Counted from the stretch's first letter, positions 28,601-49,292 are shown. The stretch is DNA of 64,000 nt from Phoronis australis (GCA_002633005.1 NMRA01000019.1:1069088-1133087); one strand, 5' to 3'. The notes: generated by a model not told the origin, from the letters alone. Numbers and translations: made by a program.

Positions 28601-31600
28601 CGAATAAAAATATAAAAAAGTAAAACTAGAAACTAAAATGACGAGCGTCGGTACTAAAATATATCAAAATATCCCCACGTATCGAGCGATGCGCTCGTTC
28701 TCAAGGGTGTGCTACAGACTGCTCATTGTACTTTTTGTTAGACAGCTTAACACATACTAGCTTATATTCTACAATCTCCTGTCATCAGCCACGATAAACC
28801 TATGATGAATGAGTAGCTCAAGGGTGTGTACCACACGCTGCCTCTGTTCCATTAGGCTTGCAGGCTTCCTACTGTGTGATACAGTCACATTCTCTGCTTG
28901 TACTACTATGTGATACAGTCACATTCTCTGCTTGTATGCCTCTCAAAATGCTGTCACTGTTTATTTCACTTCTTTCTAATTCATTTCACTTATTGCCTGA
29001 TGTTGAGACATGTCGTCTCGAAATATAGCAACTATTTTAACTTGCCTCATAACTGCAGGTCTGATGATAGCAGATTGTATAGAGACTATGAGCGAGTATA
29101 TATTGAGCTGTTTGACAAGAAGTACAGTCGTGCCTTCAACCAAGTTTGTGCCAATGAAGGGCTGCTATCAAACTATACCTGAAGAAACTGGACATATCCT
29201 AACTGTGTGTTAAGTACAGCAAGTTGAACGTCATCTGTAATCAGCATATGTTGTATTCGCGATTCAGTGCCATCTAGCGGACTATGCCATGAAATGTGGT
29301 CTCCGCTGCACAGGGTATTTTCTGAAAAGCATAAAGGCCACAGCGTTATCATTCTGAGAGGAATTTTAGTTTTAAAAAACTTTGAGAAGAAAACCAAAAG
29401 TTATCTCTTAGAAAATTACAAAAATTAATTACTACATAAAATCAAAATCCTGGCAGAGTGCATTACCCCATAAATTGTGTTTACACAAAATCTGTGAGGG
29501 AAATGACTCTAAATAATGACAGGTACACAGAACAGTGGGACTCCTATCAAGGTTACGTAGAACCCTACAGAAACGTGCAAATTTCACTAATTTTGGTACG
29601 TCATACCTCAGAAATGACAGATCAGACTCATTTGGAATTCTCAAACTATGCTTCATGCTTGTGTGGCGGTGGGTGACTCCTGCACAGTGCTTGTAATTCT
29701 CACCATATATGTTAACATATGGGTCACTTGAGGTTTGTATACTGGCAATTGTTAAGTAAATTTGACTGTGTTTGACACAGGTTGTGGCCAGCTGCATGTT
29801 GGCAGTTCTGGTTCAGGAGTGAAATAACTTAAAGGTAATGGTGTACCAGACTACGATGCTCTGTTTGCCTAACTTCAATCTGAAGTTAAGGAACAACCAA
29901 ATTTATCGTTAAACGTCATGTTTCTCCAAAACGTTGCGAGGAATTGTTTTCACGATGTTCCTTTTTGTATGAAAAAGATTTTTGAGATGTTTATGAAGAA
30001 AAATATCGCAGTTCCCATCAAAACAAAATGATAATTTTGATAATTGTAACAACCTTTTTGAGACTTTACCTTGAATATTTACAGCAAATGAAATTTACCA
30101 ATGTTCTTGAAACCGTTGTTTGGAAAAATTGGCTAAATTTTACTAAAAACACCTGGTCATGTAACCCAATTAAAGGCAGATAAGTATAAAGTCAAAAAAT
30201 CAAATTCTAAAGACTTTCAACCATCAGAATATCAAAACCTTTACGGAGTTAAAATCTAGTTTTTAACATAATTGGTTACATACACACACTTGTAGACAAG
30301 GCGAAAGTTGACAAGAGTGAGACACTATCTATGACATCACTATCCATATTGGCCAGTATGAGAAACAGTAGACTAACCTGATTGGAACACGTATCTCGCC
30401 AGGGCCTGCAGGAGGGCGGCAGGCCACGTGGGTGGTGCTGTCTCTCCAGACTCCCTCTTTAGGCGGAATGTCAGCTCGAAGCCGAACCCACTCGGACCGT
30501 CCATTCCCTTCGTTCTGAAACATGAACAATTCATGTTGTGGAAAGTGATTCCTTAATGTTTAAATTGAAAAATATTTTCCATGAAAGAACATCTTTTCAC
30601 AACACCACACCCTGTTCAACAATATTCTCAGTCACTGAGTTTCAACAAACAATGAGCTTCTCAAATATTGTTGGCACCCATGCCAAGAGAAAAATGCAGA
30701 AAATGAAAAAAGGGGCATTTCGCTATTGTTTAGTTGTGAATCAATGTTTAATTCTTAACCAAAGCCTTTTGAGGTTTAAAAGCATTGACACACTGATCCA
30801 ATCTTGAACTGTTTCCACAGTGTGGTCAGCCTTGAGAAAAGAAAATAGTAATTTTGACATAGGAATTGAAGAGAGGTTACAGTCTGTAGCATTTAATACA
30901 GTGTAGCACAGATGAAAGTAATATTCACGAACCTAAATACTACTTGTATGTATTTTTCCTGAACCATATACACATTGTCAGACACAGCAAAGACTTTAGG
31001 AATCCCAAGACTCGACATGACGAGTTTCAAGTTTCATTTGCAGCCTGCAATTTGGAAATGTGAGTGGAGCTTTGTCAACTCGTATTCGTTGCACGTCAGG
31101 CATTCCAACTCCTGCAAGCCAAACTGCCTCCGCCAAAAATGCCCCAAGAGGGTTTTTGTCAACTGGGAAAATATGGGCCTCACAAAATGGAAAACTGCCA
31201 CAACATTTTTTGTATTTTGATCATTAAGGTTGTCAACCTGAGATTTATTAATTATGTGCCAGCTGGGACTTTGACAAGGTTGCAAACGACAGCCTAGTAA
31301 TTTGCATACTGTCCAGGGCTTCATCCTATTCTAATTACTTATTGGTAAAAATGTTTGATGGTAAGACCAGACTACTCATCTTTTACACTGAAAAACAAAA
31401 AAGCAAAGTATGTTCTCGCCAATTAAAGAATCATTTTCATACAACACAGACATTTCAAAAATCAAAATCAACCCACTATTGCGAAAAATTGAGCTTGTGA
31501 ACAATCAGCAGTAAGTAGGTTCAGAACAATTGGCATGAGAAGTGAAGAAATCAAACCAACCCATCCAATATGCCATCTGGACCCTGTTACAAATGTAGAT

Positions 31601-34600
31601 CACTGCATCTAACACAATGCAGCACAAAACAAGATCTTCTCCAGACCACCCATTTGGCACCATTTATGATTGCCATGGAAACCTGCCATTTGAAACTATG
31701 TAAATACCTTAAAGTCATGTCCAAGTATTATTTTCGAGTCCCAGTGATTACGGTCATTAAAGCTATTTATAAGGATGGTCTCGGCAAAAGCGGTGACACT
31801 ACAGTGATTAGAAGTCACTGAGTATTTTTGATTCTTTAAAAAGAATTGCTGTTTTCTGTAAGTTACTCAAGTCTAAGCCCCAATATACCAATCAAAAATT
31901 TAATAAAATCTTTCAAACCGGTTAGTACGAAAAATGAGCAGATACACATTATGAACTGTACTTCTATTCATGGTATACCGTATTGTGTAATCTAACACAC
32001 GCTACTTGATCTGACAATGAAATACAACCATCATACACCATGGATTGCAAAACACACACAAGAAAATCAAGTACGCAATATTAACATTAAAGGCAAAACA
32101 TTCATTTGTCACAGGGTGACTAAGCTGACTTATGTCACCACAAGGCAGGGATATTCCTGGACTGCGCCTTTGCGCTATTAAGCATATGAAATACAGCTTT
32201 GCGCCAATGTGGGTAAAAAACTGACCAGATAAAATCTGACATGAAATTAAAAACTCCACTCTTCCTTGAGTAAACTAAATTATTTGCCAATGTTGGAAAA
32301 ACTGGCATTCTACCATTATTCTGCTGCTAAAATTGTGATCCGATTTTTGCTTTGGCTTTCCATGCCACGAAATATTGCGTCACCTTTTGGTCAATTTCTT
32401 TTTTTACCGTGATCTTGAAAATGATGTCAATGATACCAAAATCAACAGGCGCCTGCAGACGTCCAACATACAACTTGATGCTAAATACTAACACACTTCT
32501 TGAGAGATTGCGCCAACATTGTCCAAGTTAAAATTCCATTTTTCTGCTGTGAACTTGCACCTGATGTCAAGGTCACCATAATTGAATGGCGATTGGAGAC
32601 ACTGCACCAATATGTTGGCAAAAAACACAAACATCTTCCGTGTTGTCAAAATATGAATAAAATCTGAAGTTTAATTCACAAGATTAAAATTTGATTTTCT
32701 AGCAATGACCTTGAAAATGAAGCTTAGGCTACCAAAATCAACAGGCGTCTGGGCGTGCTCCACCTTGGAAGGGCCACCAATACTACTAGCAGTCAAATTT
32801 TAGCAGAGGCATTCCCCACTACTTTTGTGCTCTAGAACAACAATTCTCAAATAATTTTGCAGAAAGACAACTGCCAAAATTGCAATTTATCAAAGACTGA
32901 TTGCCCAGACGCAAATCATGCCAAAAGTTATTTGATTCATAACGTCTACACAATATAAACAGTCATGTACAAATCATGCTAGTACTAGGTCCAGAAAAAC
33001 ATTCTTATTTTGTGGGGAAATAACAAAAAACTTACACTTTCTGGCCATACTGTGCATTAAATAAGAGAAGAATTAAAGGAACAATTGTGAAGATACGTTC
33101 AGCATATTACAACTCAGAGACCACCAAGCTAATTTTGTTAATAATGTTGATGACAGGGACTTCGACACTTCAGTTTTGGGGCCAAATATCCACTTCGCTG
33201 TCCTATCAAAACTAAAAATATTTAAAAATCACAGGAAATTCACCTTCTCAGGCCCCAAAAATTCACCTTCAATGGGGGATCCAGGGAGATTTCTACTCAA
33301 ACAAAAATTCCCTTCTCAGAAGCCATAGGCAGCTTTCCGCTCAGGTGAACATGGGCCAGGGAGAAACTCAGAAGCAAACACAAGATTTACGGTCATTACC
33401 TTAGCCTAGTTCTTCCAACCACCTCAACAAGCCATTCTCGATGATCCGTGTGTGGTAAACAAGGTGTTAATTTGTTCAAGCCAACGTCATTACTGATAAT
33501 AGACCCACAGGAAGTTAATTGGACATCGGGTTTTCAAACATATGCAGAGCTGTTGCTCCTTTTGAAAACAAGTGTTGGTTGAGGAAAACAAACAATTTGC
33601 ATTGGGTCTTTATCACACATAAAAAGACAGCATAAATTTTACAGTCAGACTGGTGCTGTAAGTTCTCCAGAAGCACCATTGATCTTATTTTGCGTTCTCA
33701 TTACGGGAACTTCAGTTTACTGAAGCTTCGCTAAAACTTTGCTAACCTTTTCCACTAGACAGCAATATCATTTGAAGTTATCACTAGACACTGAAGTGAT
33801 TGGAGTAAACACCAGATAATGCAGTTCATTCTACTCTCAAAGAACTGTTGAGTGGTGGATTCGAGGCTAACTGAATTGTTCTCCCACCATTTAGTTTTTA
33901 AATTAAAATGATCAGGCTGCATCAGATGTGTATTTCCTTGGAATATCTCATTGAGTCTCACGTAATCATATATTGTTGCCACTTACTTCGCAGAAGCTTT
34001 GCTTTGAGCTTTCACACTATACCAACGTGTTGGTGAGTTCCGAAGTTTCACTTGCAGTTTAATTACGGGTGTTAACCTTTCCCGTTTTCAGCGAAGTTTC
34101 ACCTCTAGTGGGAAAGCACTTCAAGTCTCAGTTGAACAACTTATATTCCTGGTGGTTAAAAACTAGTAAAAACTGCATGTTCTTTCAAAATGAGTGAACA
34201 AACTACAGGAAAGTAAATGTTATAATCCTGATGGCTAAGAAACATGATTTCAAATTCTGAACACAGCTCCATATGTTGTTAGGTAGATTTTCAAAGACAA
34301 AACACTCAGCTATAAATACACAAATCTGAAAAACAACAAGTTGCAAATCACCACATGCCAAGTCGTATTTTAATTCCTGTCCATACAATAAAGCAATGCT
34401 GCATAATTATGTACAGTCAATTTATATGAAAATGCTGGATGTGGTATGACAACAGGTATTTCATTGGGAATATTTTTTAAAGAGCAACTAAAAGCAAGAC
34501 CGTAGCATTCTCTTGGAATACTTTTTAAAGAGCAACTAAAAGCAGAACCGTCGAGTTCTCTTAGAATACTTTTTAAAGAGCAACTAAAAGCAAGACCGTA

Positions 34601-37600
34601 GCATTCTCTTGGAATACTTTTTAAAGAGCAACTAAAAGCAGAACCGTCGAGTTCTCTTAGAATACTTTTTAAAGAGCAACTAAAAGCAGAACCGTAGAGT
34701 TCTCTTAGAATACTTTTTAAAGAGCAACTAAAAGCAAGACCGTAGCATTCTCTTAGAATACTTTTTAAAGAGCAACTAAAAGCCGCACCATAACACTCTC
34801 TTGTATTTCTGAATCCTAGAAATTTCGAAAGGAATCCTTTTATTAGTCCTATATTTAATAGCCCATCAGGCAAGTGACAGAGAGTTATAAAAACAAGTTC
34901 TAACACCATAAAGCATGATATCTGAAAGTTTCAATCTGATCAGCTATTCTTGAGATGTGATGTGAGAAAGTTTGCCAAATTTGGACATTTTTCTGGGTCT
35001 TACATAACTTTTACTTTTACTGAATAAATCCATGTCAAGAGTATAGGCTACAATGCTGTCACTGGTCAAGAGTTGTCTGGCTTGGAAGTGTAACTGAGTA
35101 AACCAACTATCAGTATCGGGTCATGAACAAATTTTTCTACAATGTGTGAAACTCAGAATCCCAGCAAAGAAAAAAATGGCATGAAAATATAGTAGGATTA
35201 TTCCGGACAATTTTTACAAGCGAAAAGCCTTCACATGTGTCAGGGCTTGGAGTGACCAATGTATCGGTCAACAAATAAATAGGCTTGTGTGAAAGAAAAA
35301 TTTTTTTATGTCATAAAATTTAACTGAAATAAACATTTTTGCATAAATAAAATCAAAATAATGACAAAAAGAGACAAAAAAGAGGAAATCGGAAATCAAA
35401 TAAGAGGAAATCGAAACCAAAAAAGAGGAAATCCTCTTAAAAGAGAAAAATTTCAAGCCTTCAAACATGTATTCTGCCGAAGTTGCATGCATAAGGTTGT
35501 TGCATTTGACAACCACTTCATCTTGTATAAAATAAATGTATTTTCACACTGTATTTATAAAAAAACGGACGCCAAGCTCTGTAGAGGACTACTTACTCAT
35601 GTACTCTGCCATCACCATGCAGGTTGGACAGCCCAAAGCTCACGTAATGCCAGTGTGGTGGTACGCCATTTTCTGGGTTGCCAGGGTTGGAGTACATGCT
35701 GATGTAGTCTAAGGGATCAGGACCGCCGAGCCTGTAAATAGAAAAGATCACTAACAAAATTCCTGAACACTGACAGAAGGCTTTTGAAATTTAGGCATTG
35801 TTTGAAATTAATTATTTTGAACGGAACTATTTCAGCTTGAGCCAATTGATAACCCGCACACCTAAGTCAAAGAAACAGGGTCCAAATATCTATCCCATTT
35901 CCACAATGAAAAAGTATCAGATTCAAAATTTCACCTCCAAATCCAATCATTGAGAAATTCCACTAAGGGTTAGAGTCCTTTATACAAAACACTAGCCATC
36001 CATATTACACAGCGACACTCGCTGTATTAACCCACAATGCAAAGCACTTTTGTATCTTCTTGTCATTGGAGTTCCGCATGTTGTGTTGTGGTCAGGACTC
36101 CGATGCACTACTCTATTTGTCCTTCCAAGACCAATGTAGTACTACTACTGTGCTGTGGGCTACAAATCCGAATGGAGAAAGTTGGATAAACTTGACAGCT
36201 ATCCGCAGATGCGTTTTGTTAAGTTCTTCACCATCCCCATATCAATCAAGGACACAAGAAAATACAGTGTGAGTGCACAAAGCAAGTTTGGTGGTTTAAT
36301 TTTGAACTGAATAGAATCCTCTTTTAATTCCAGTACGACTGAAATAGGGAATATTTCCACGGCCACCCTGTACCTCAACGGCTTCCGAAATGATCTGTGA
36401 AAATGTACCTCACATTCCAAAAAACGAGGCCATTTAAACAGTGTGCTTTCGTACCACCAGGACAAAGGAGAGTTCTATCACTGTGTAATCCGGGGACCTC
36501 CCTATTAAGTCTTAAAGAGGATACTCTTCATTTGAACAATTTCATAATTTATTCTAAACCTTACACTTTCAATGTTCACTAGCATTCCTGCCAAGCACTT
36601 ATAACACCTGACACATCACTCTTAAAACATGAATGCACTTTGACAACAAAAGAAATTGAGCATCCTAGAAGTCCATAAACAGACCACCCAAGTTGGCAAT
36701 AGCTGTCAAGGTCAACTGAGGCAGAACATACTTTCATTGTGATGGCAGGTTTGATTGAAGAGTTTGGACTCAAATTCAGCCAATAATCACCTTTACAAAA
36801 ATTTAGATGTGAAACTGAAAAATACCCATTCCTAATACAACTACATACCTACAGTCAGATCAAATCAACTGTGCCACTCAGAGCCCTGAATGTTAATATA
36901 CCAAATTAAAGTTACACAGGTTTTACACATGCTACAATGCATGAAGTACCGAGGACACTAGGCCATTGACAGTATTCAGCAGGTAAACAACTGATAGATA
37001 AAAACAGAGTACCCAGTACATAATTTTTTAAATATATGTTGATTCTAATTATAATATGACTTGTAAACAAAAACACTTATTTGTATAGAGGAATTTATAT
37101 AAAAAATTGATTTTAATGCATTTCACCTTATCACTGCTGGGCAAACTATTCTTTATAAAAAATCACACACGCTGGATATGATTACCGTAATCGTTCGGGT
37201 TAACGCCCATGCTCAGTTAACAGCCCATTCCTGACTTTAAGTGGATTTTCGATTTAACCGCCCATTGCTCGGTTAAGCGCCCCCCTGCGATTTTTGAAGA
37301 TTTCCAGTTAAGCGCCCACCTCTCGGTTAAGCGCCCATCCCCGACTTTTAAAGAATGAAGATTTATGGCCTAGTGCTAAGGAAACGCGCGATTCCCCGAC
37401 TTTTAGAAAAAGATCGATGATCACAACGAGTGCAACGACGCCGGGACTCCGAGACGGTGGTTTAGCAATCTGAATTACAATACAGGTAACGAGTTATTGT
37501 CTTGGGTCATGAACTCACTTCAAAATATAATACTTGAACCTTTTTGTCACTTTATTTTCTTCGCTTGTTTGCTAAATTTCAGAACGCCGCCGGCGTCAAA

Positions 37601-40600
37601 ACCTCCGCTTTCAGCGACTTTGTCTGCCGCGCTGAGTTTCCGTCTGCAGTGCACTAGATAAAACATCTATTCGAAAAAATCAGGCCAGAGAAATGTGACA
37701 ATGGTTTTGCCAACCCTCCAAATTCTATTAAGGTGGGAAGCTCTCGTATTTTGAACAAATCTCACAACTCACGGAAAGATGTCAAATTCTCAATATTTTG
37801 ATGAATATAACTGCCGGGTTATAGAGGATGTGGGGCGACCGAAGGGACAGTACAAGTGCCTTACTGGGTTACCGATTTCGTTGCTGCCTGTCGATTTCTG
37901 AATTCAAACGTTGGCAATAATGTATGTTTGTGTATGATCTTGAAGTAATAAAAAACGGCTAGTCAAATTTTGTTTTTCGCTTATTGCATCTCAGTCAAAC
38001 TGGTTAGCAGATTTAACTAATGTCGCTGGCTGTTCTTTACTATTTCTTGCGTCAGCCCCCACGTAAGCGTGACTGTGTGAATTATCGTTTCCACATCCCC
38101 TTTTTAGCCATCCAGAATAATTTTGTTTATACATTGGCCATTTTCAGCCTGAACAAAAATTCTTACCATTCGAGTCTGAAATATCTACGACGTAGACTGC
38201 TTGACGATAGTGGGTAGGAGATTCACGCAGCTAGTTACAGGGATGGGCTTAGGGAGCATCGAGCCGGGAAATATGGGAATAGACTTGACATCGCAGTTTT
38301 GGGGAACATTGGCAACGGAGGAATATCGTAAAGAACTGGGTCTTTCGTAACAACAGCTTAAAAGTACATAGTCACGCCCGTTTTTGTTACTTCGTCGGAC
38401 TGTCGCTATGTGTGACTGATTTGTAGTGGTGCACGTGCGCAAGTTCCCACACTTTGGAGTGCATGTTACCTTGACACCAACATGTGATTGACAGGTGACT
38501 CACACGTAGGCCCTACGTGCGTGCTGAATACCGCCACTATCTTTGGCCATAAAAAACGAGATGCATATTGAAAGAGGCCGTTATATTACTTGACGGCATT
38601 TCCAAGTCACGATTGTCAGCCGACTGAGACATTGCGCGATAACAGCGGGACCGAACAGTGCCGCAGTGCGATATTACAAGTGATATAAATAGGATAATCT
38701 GGACATCTTGCATGAAAAATAAATGTTTTTCCACCACGAAGTTTGGTAAGGTGATCGTTTAGAATAATGAATTGAAACATTGCTGTTTTCTGACATTTTG
38801 TAACATATTTATGCAGTTGCTTGAAATTTTATTCTTGATCGACGACTGGCTCGACCACCCCCGATCCTTGTCTTACTTCTTTGCATAGCATGTTTGGCGC
38901 AACGGCAAGAGAGCAATGCCGGGCTGTCGAGATAAGACAGCTAGCCGCAGAACCATACGCTGAAAATGTCATTGAGTCACGGAGTGTCGACTATAACATC
39001 CCAAACACAAAAAAAAACAGAGTTAAGTTTTTCAAACTTTTATTACAACCAATTTTAAAACTGCTCTCTGACTCAGAACTTGACAGCTACATATAGTACG
39101 AGACTGTAACCATAAATTTGATGTCTGACCTCTGCAACACGTGAAGCTTGCACGCGCGCACTTAAGCAGGGTCACATCTTGAAACAGTTTTAATTCTAGT
39201 GGAGGCTGCGTGGTGACTGGTCGTCTGCGCACCGCAGGACGGCACGGGGCTATTACTCAGCAATTTTGTAAATTTAATAGTGAATGACTAATCTGAGGGC
39301 AAGAGAACCTTTGTTGGGATCATCCGCTGTTATGACGTTTTCACAGTCATTTGGCGACGTGACGATAAAGCTCTTTGAAAAGGGCTACGCGTTCCGAGTA
39401 TGATTGTCGTGTCGGGATTTAGATCGCCAGGTAAGATTAACCGCCCAGGGCGGTTGTCTGTCGTAATAAGCGCCCATGTTCGGTTAACCGCCCATCCCCT
39501 ACTTTAGGTGGATTTTCGATTTAACCGCCCACTGCTCGGTTAACCGCCCTCCCCCGATTTTTTGGATTCGCCAATTTAACCGCCCAGGGCATTAACCCGA
39601 ACGATTACGGTATATACGCAACTGAAAATTGATAATCAGAACTAAAGACTGTGCCACTTGCAAAAATGTCTGACTATAAACGGGAGTCAGACAATTTATT
39701 GTGAACATCACTAACGAACAGGCACACCAGTACTACAGTAGTACTTAGGCAATACATCACCTGTGGATGCCATAGGCATACACGTGACTGCCTTGTAATG
39801 GAGCTCTTCAACTGATTCACTTTTTGACTGATAAAACAAAGTATATTGAGTGATATGGATGTAAACAGTTACCTATAGATGAATAATCGATTGGACAGAA
39901 ATACACAGCCAAAACTGCAATTATCTGCCTTTTATTTTTTTGGGCTAAATACATGCAAATTACACGTCACTCACCCAAAAAGCTGCATGAACTTGACAGT
40001 AAGAATACGTGGCTGTAAACGATTTTTAACATGTGGCCAAGTAAATTTCACTATTAAAAAGAATAGTGCAAAGTGTCAAGAGAAAAGGGCAATGCCTAGC
40101 AAGCAAGTCTGAATTTGTTAGGCTTACTGGTTTACAGTATATTTTCATACAAAAATTATCGCTAGTTCCTGGCAATAACTACCCGTTGGCAAGTTACCCA
40201 AGACAGGTTGTGCTACTCCCCACGGCATGTGTGTCAAATGGGAAACTGGCCCATAACACTCTGCCATTAGAGACCACACGTAGCCCTCGGTTGGCCATTT
40301 AGGGGCTCCAATACTTCCATTCACTTTCTGTCGCATTCCGTTACACATATTTTAAACGGGCGGTAGGCCAATTCCAGCCACTGATTTTAAGTTTTCACCT
40401 CGTCAAAAATACATTCCACATCTAAAACTATCATTTCAAAAGCACTTACTTTCATCATTGGTCCTTTCTACTTCTATACATATCTTTGATGAAGTTTAGT
40501 TGTGAGAATTTAGGGGACTTTGGCGAGGAATTCCAACTCCACTTTTTGGTTGCCGTTAACTTTTTCACCACGCACGCAATAACCACAAAGTATGTCAACT

Positions 40601-41406
40601 GAGTCACGTGAGTTAGGCAAAGGCTAATGCGAAGTGCATGACGCTAGCGCGTGACACTTGCAAAATAGCATGAGACAGTATTAGGTGAAATTTGTAAGAT
40701 TTGTGTCCCTTGGACTTTTTATTCATCAACATGTGTGATTTCATGTAACTTCCTCAAAATGGCACCCGGGTAAGAGAAACTCGAGCAAACCACGACAGAC
40801 TTTCATAGATTTGTCCAAATTATCTTGATTGAATCGTCTCCAGACTTATGGTATAAGTTGTTTATAACTCCATGTGCAAAAAAACCAGTTTCATTTGATT
40901 TATTTGATATTTATTTTGTATTTTGAAATGAGTAACTTTTTTGTTGATGTACTATCGCATCTGTATGCCTGCGGCATCCAGGGCGATGTAATTGCCTACT
41001 GAGAGACCAGTACCTCTTCGCACAGCCACAGGTCAGATAAAGCGAGAAAACCGTGCAGTTTTATTCAGTGATTGCTTGGCTCCTTAACTCTGAGACAGAT
41101 ACATCCCACCATATTGCCACGGACTGCGATTGTGAATAAGACTTAAGACAAGTAATAATGGCGTTGATGATTCAGAACCATGGCATGACGCCATGACGGG
41201 ACGCCTCGCCTGAGTGGACAGGTGAAGACTAAGTGAAGGACAAATATGACAGCACAGTTGACATTAAACTCGGGTTATTCTTACCAATATTTCACCACAG
41301 CTGTCACTTGTAAAGGATTCGGTTGGTCCGGGTAAAGCCGCCGACATGCCGAGTAGATCGCCTCCAACCCAGGTGGGGTTACAGGCGCAGAGACGCTGGC
41401 GCTCAT
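16660..41406 (-). CDS. SUFU: Suppressor of fused homolog (Hedgehog/GLI negative regulator), 12 coding exons, 462 aa
   Basis: Minus-strand exons: 41285-41406 (MSASVSAPVTPPGLEAIYSACRRLYPDQPNPLQVTAVVKYW), 35597-35731 (LGGPDPLDYISMY...HWHYVSFGLS), 30378-30514 (GPSGFGFELTFRLKRE...PPTWPA), 29179-29321 (ENTLCSGDHISWHSPLD), 27079-27164, 26810-26882 (WLITDMRRGETVFE), 26152-26341 (EGSNLSGVS), 20674-20764, 19304-19432, 18491-18629 (GRLKHGRHFTFKS...PYAAHGPWLQ), 17736-17804, 16660-16734 (stop TGA). All boundaries are GT-AG with matching phase; total 1389 nt. Confidence 0.97.
16994..17311. repeat. Minisatellite, 35-bp unit x 9 (CAATAAGGTGACCGTATCTTAGCATGTTCACAGGT)
   Basis: Head-to-tail copies with few substitutions and no unique spacers, in the last SUFU intron. 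Confidence 0.93.
21940..23900. repeat. Diverged tandem array (about 140-180-bp monomers, about 430-440-bp higher-order unit), probably the core array of a non-autonomous Helentron/DINE-like element; monomers carry a GCCACTAG(G/A)nGGCRC motif
   Basis: Recurring blocks AAAATGGCCACTAGGTGGCGCAAAA, CTGCCAAATTTTATGAAAATC, GTGGTTTGGTTGACAGAGGGGCAGA and GAAAGTCGTCGTC...CTTCATATAAATACAC. A terminus-like GACAGAGACGACGGCAATATGCGACCACGGGTGCATAAAAA lies at about 23581-23622. A related fragment sits on the opposite strand at about 1240-1320. The element class is inferred. Confidence 0.7.
26401..26448. repeat. Exact 24-bp tandem duplication (AAAATAGTAAATAACTGATTAATA x2)
   Basis: Visible in the sequence, about 60 nt upstream (transcript sense) of the SUFU exon 7 acceptor. 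Confidence 0.85.
28276..28431. mobile_element. hAT-type MITE (156 bp)
   Basis: TIRs CAGTGCTGAAGT / ACTACAGCACTG with a perfect 8-bp target-site duplication CTTCAACC (28268-28275 and 28432-28439). Confidence 0.85.
34468..34802. repeat. Minisatellite, 48-bp unit x about 7 (GAATACTTTTTAAAGAGCAACTAAAAGCA...TTCTCTT)
   Basis: Tandem copies in SUFU intron 2, with two alternating variants (AGACCGTAGCA / GAACCGTCGAG). It explains the repetitive 179-aa minus-strand ORF. Confidence 0.92.
37185..39610. mobile_element. Non-autonomous Tc1/mariner-superfamily (pogo-like) DNA transposon, about 2.4 kb, in SUFU intron 1
   Basis: TIRs CCGTAATCGTTCGGGTTAA(C/T)GCCC / GGGCATTAACCCGAACGATTACGG, TA duplication at 37183-37184 and 39611-39612, and many subterminal TTAA(C/G)CGCCC repeats at both ends. 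No transposase ORF inside. Confidence 0.85.
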
Positions 41407-41975
41407 GTCACAAACCCCTCAGTTTTTACTAGCTTTCTCCAAGCACAACACAAAGTTTGGAAAGATACAATAAATTGAATTGACACCTTCAGTACAACTT
41501 CCAAGACTGAGTACTACCTCTTACACGTCACGCGTCAGGCTAATTTCCACCAAGCAAAACTATTAGCAGTCAAACTAAATCACTTATTCCCACTAAATCA
41601 TTACAAATGACTACCCGTGTGGTCAACAACAACAGAATTTATAGACAACCATCGGGAGAAAATCAATAACTAGAACCGCACTGACACTTTCCGGTTGCAG
41701 ACCACCCAAGTTAATATCGTAGATTCGAGATATTTTGTGTTCGTTCTATATCAAAAAACATAGAAATATAACTGTCACTAGTTAGAGTCCATTTTGAGAG
41801 CAAGAGATGCGTTTTTCTTCTTTACACATTTATTTTCAGTTTTTGATAAAAAAATGAGTCATACTACCGGAAGTACAAAGTGCGCGCCTTTGCGCATGTT
41901 CATGATTGGTGACTGCTGCTTTTTCTTGGCAGAGAAGTGTACTGGGAGGGTAAAAATACATCCCTCTGTAGAAGC
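41407..41975. promoter_or_regulatory. Bidirectional promoter and 5' UTR region shared by SUFU and ACTR1A
   Basis: Only 569 bp separate the divergent ATGs. The region contains ETS/GABP-type CCGGAAGT (41867-41874) and TTCCGG (about 41689), an NRF1-like TGCGCGCCTTTGCGCATG (41881-41898), a reverse CCAAT (41905-41909), TGAGTCA (41855-41861) and the GLI consensus GACCACCCA (41700-41708). Confidence 0.7.

Positions 41976-49292
<7,317 letters not shown>

Noticed and set aside
34370-34909. 179-aa repetitive minus-strand ORF
   Set aside because: It is the translation of the 48-bp minisatellite within SUFU intron 2; the SUFU frame is complete without it.
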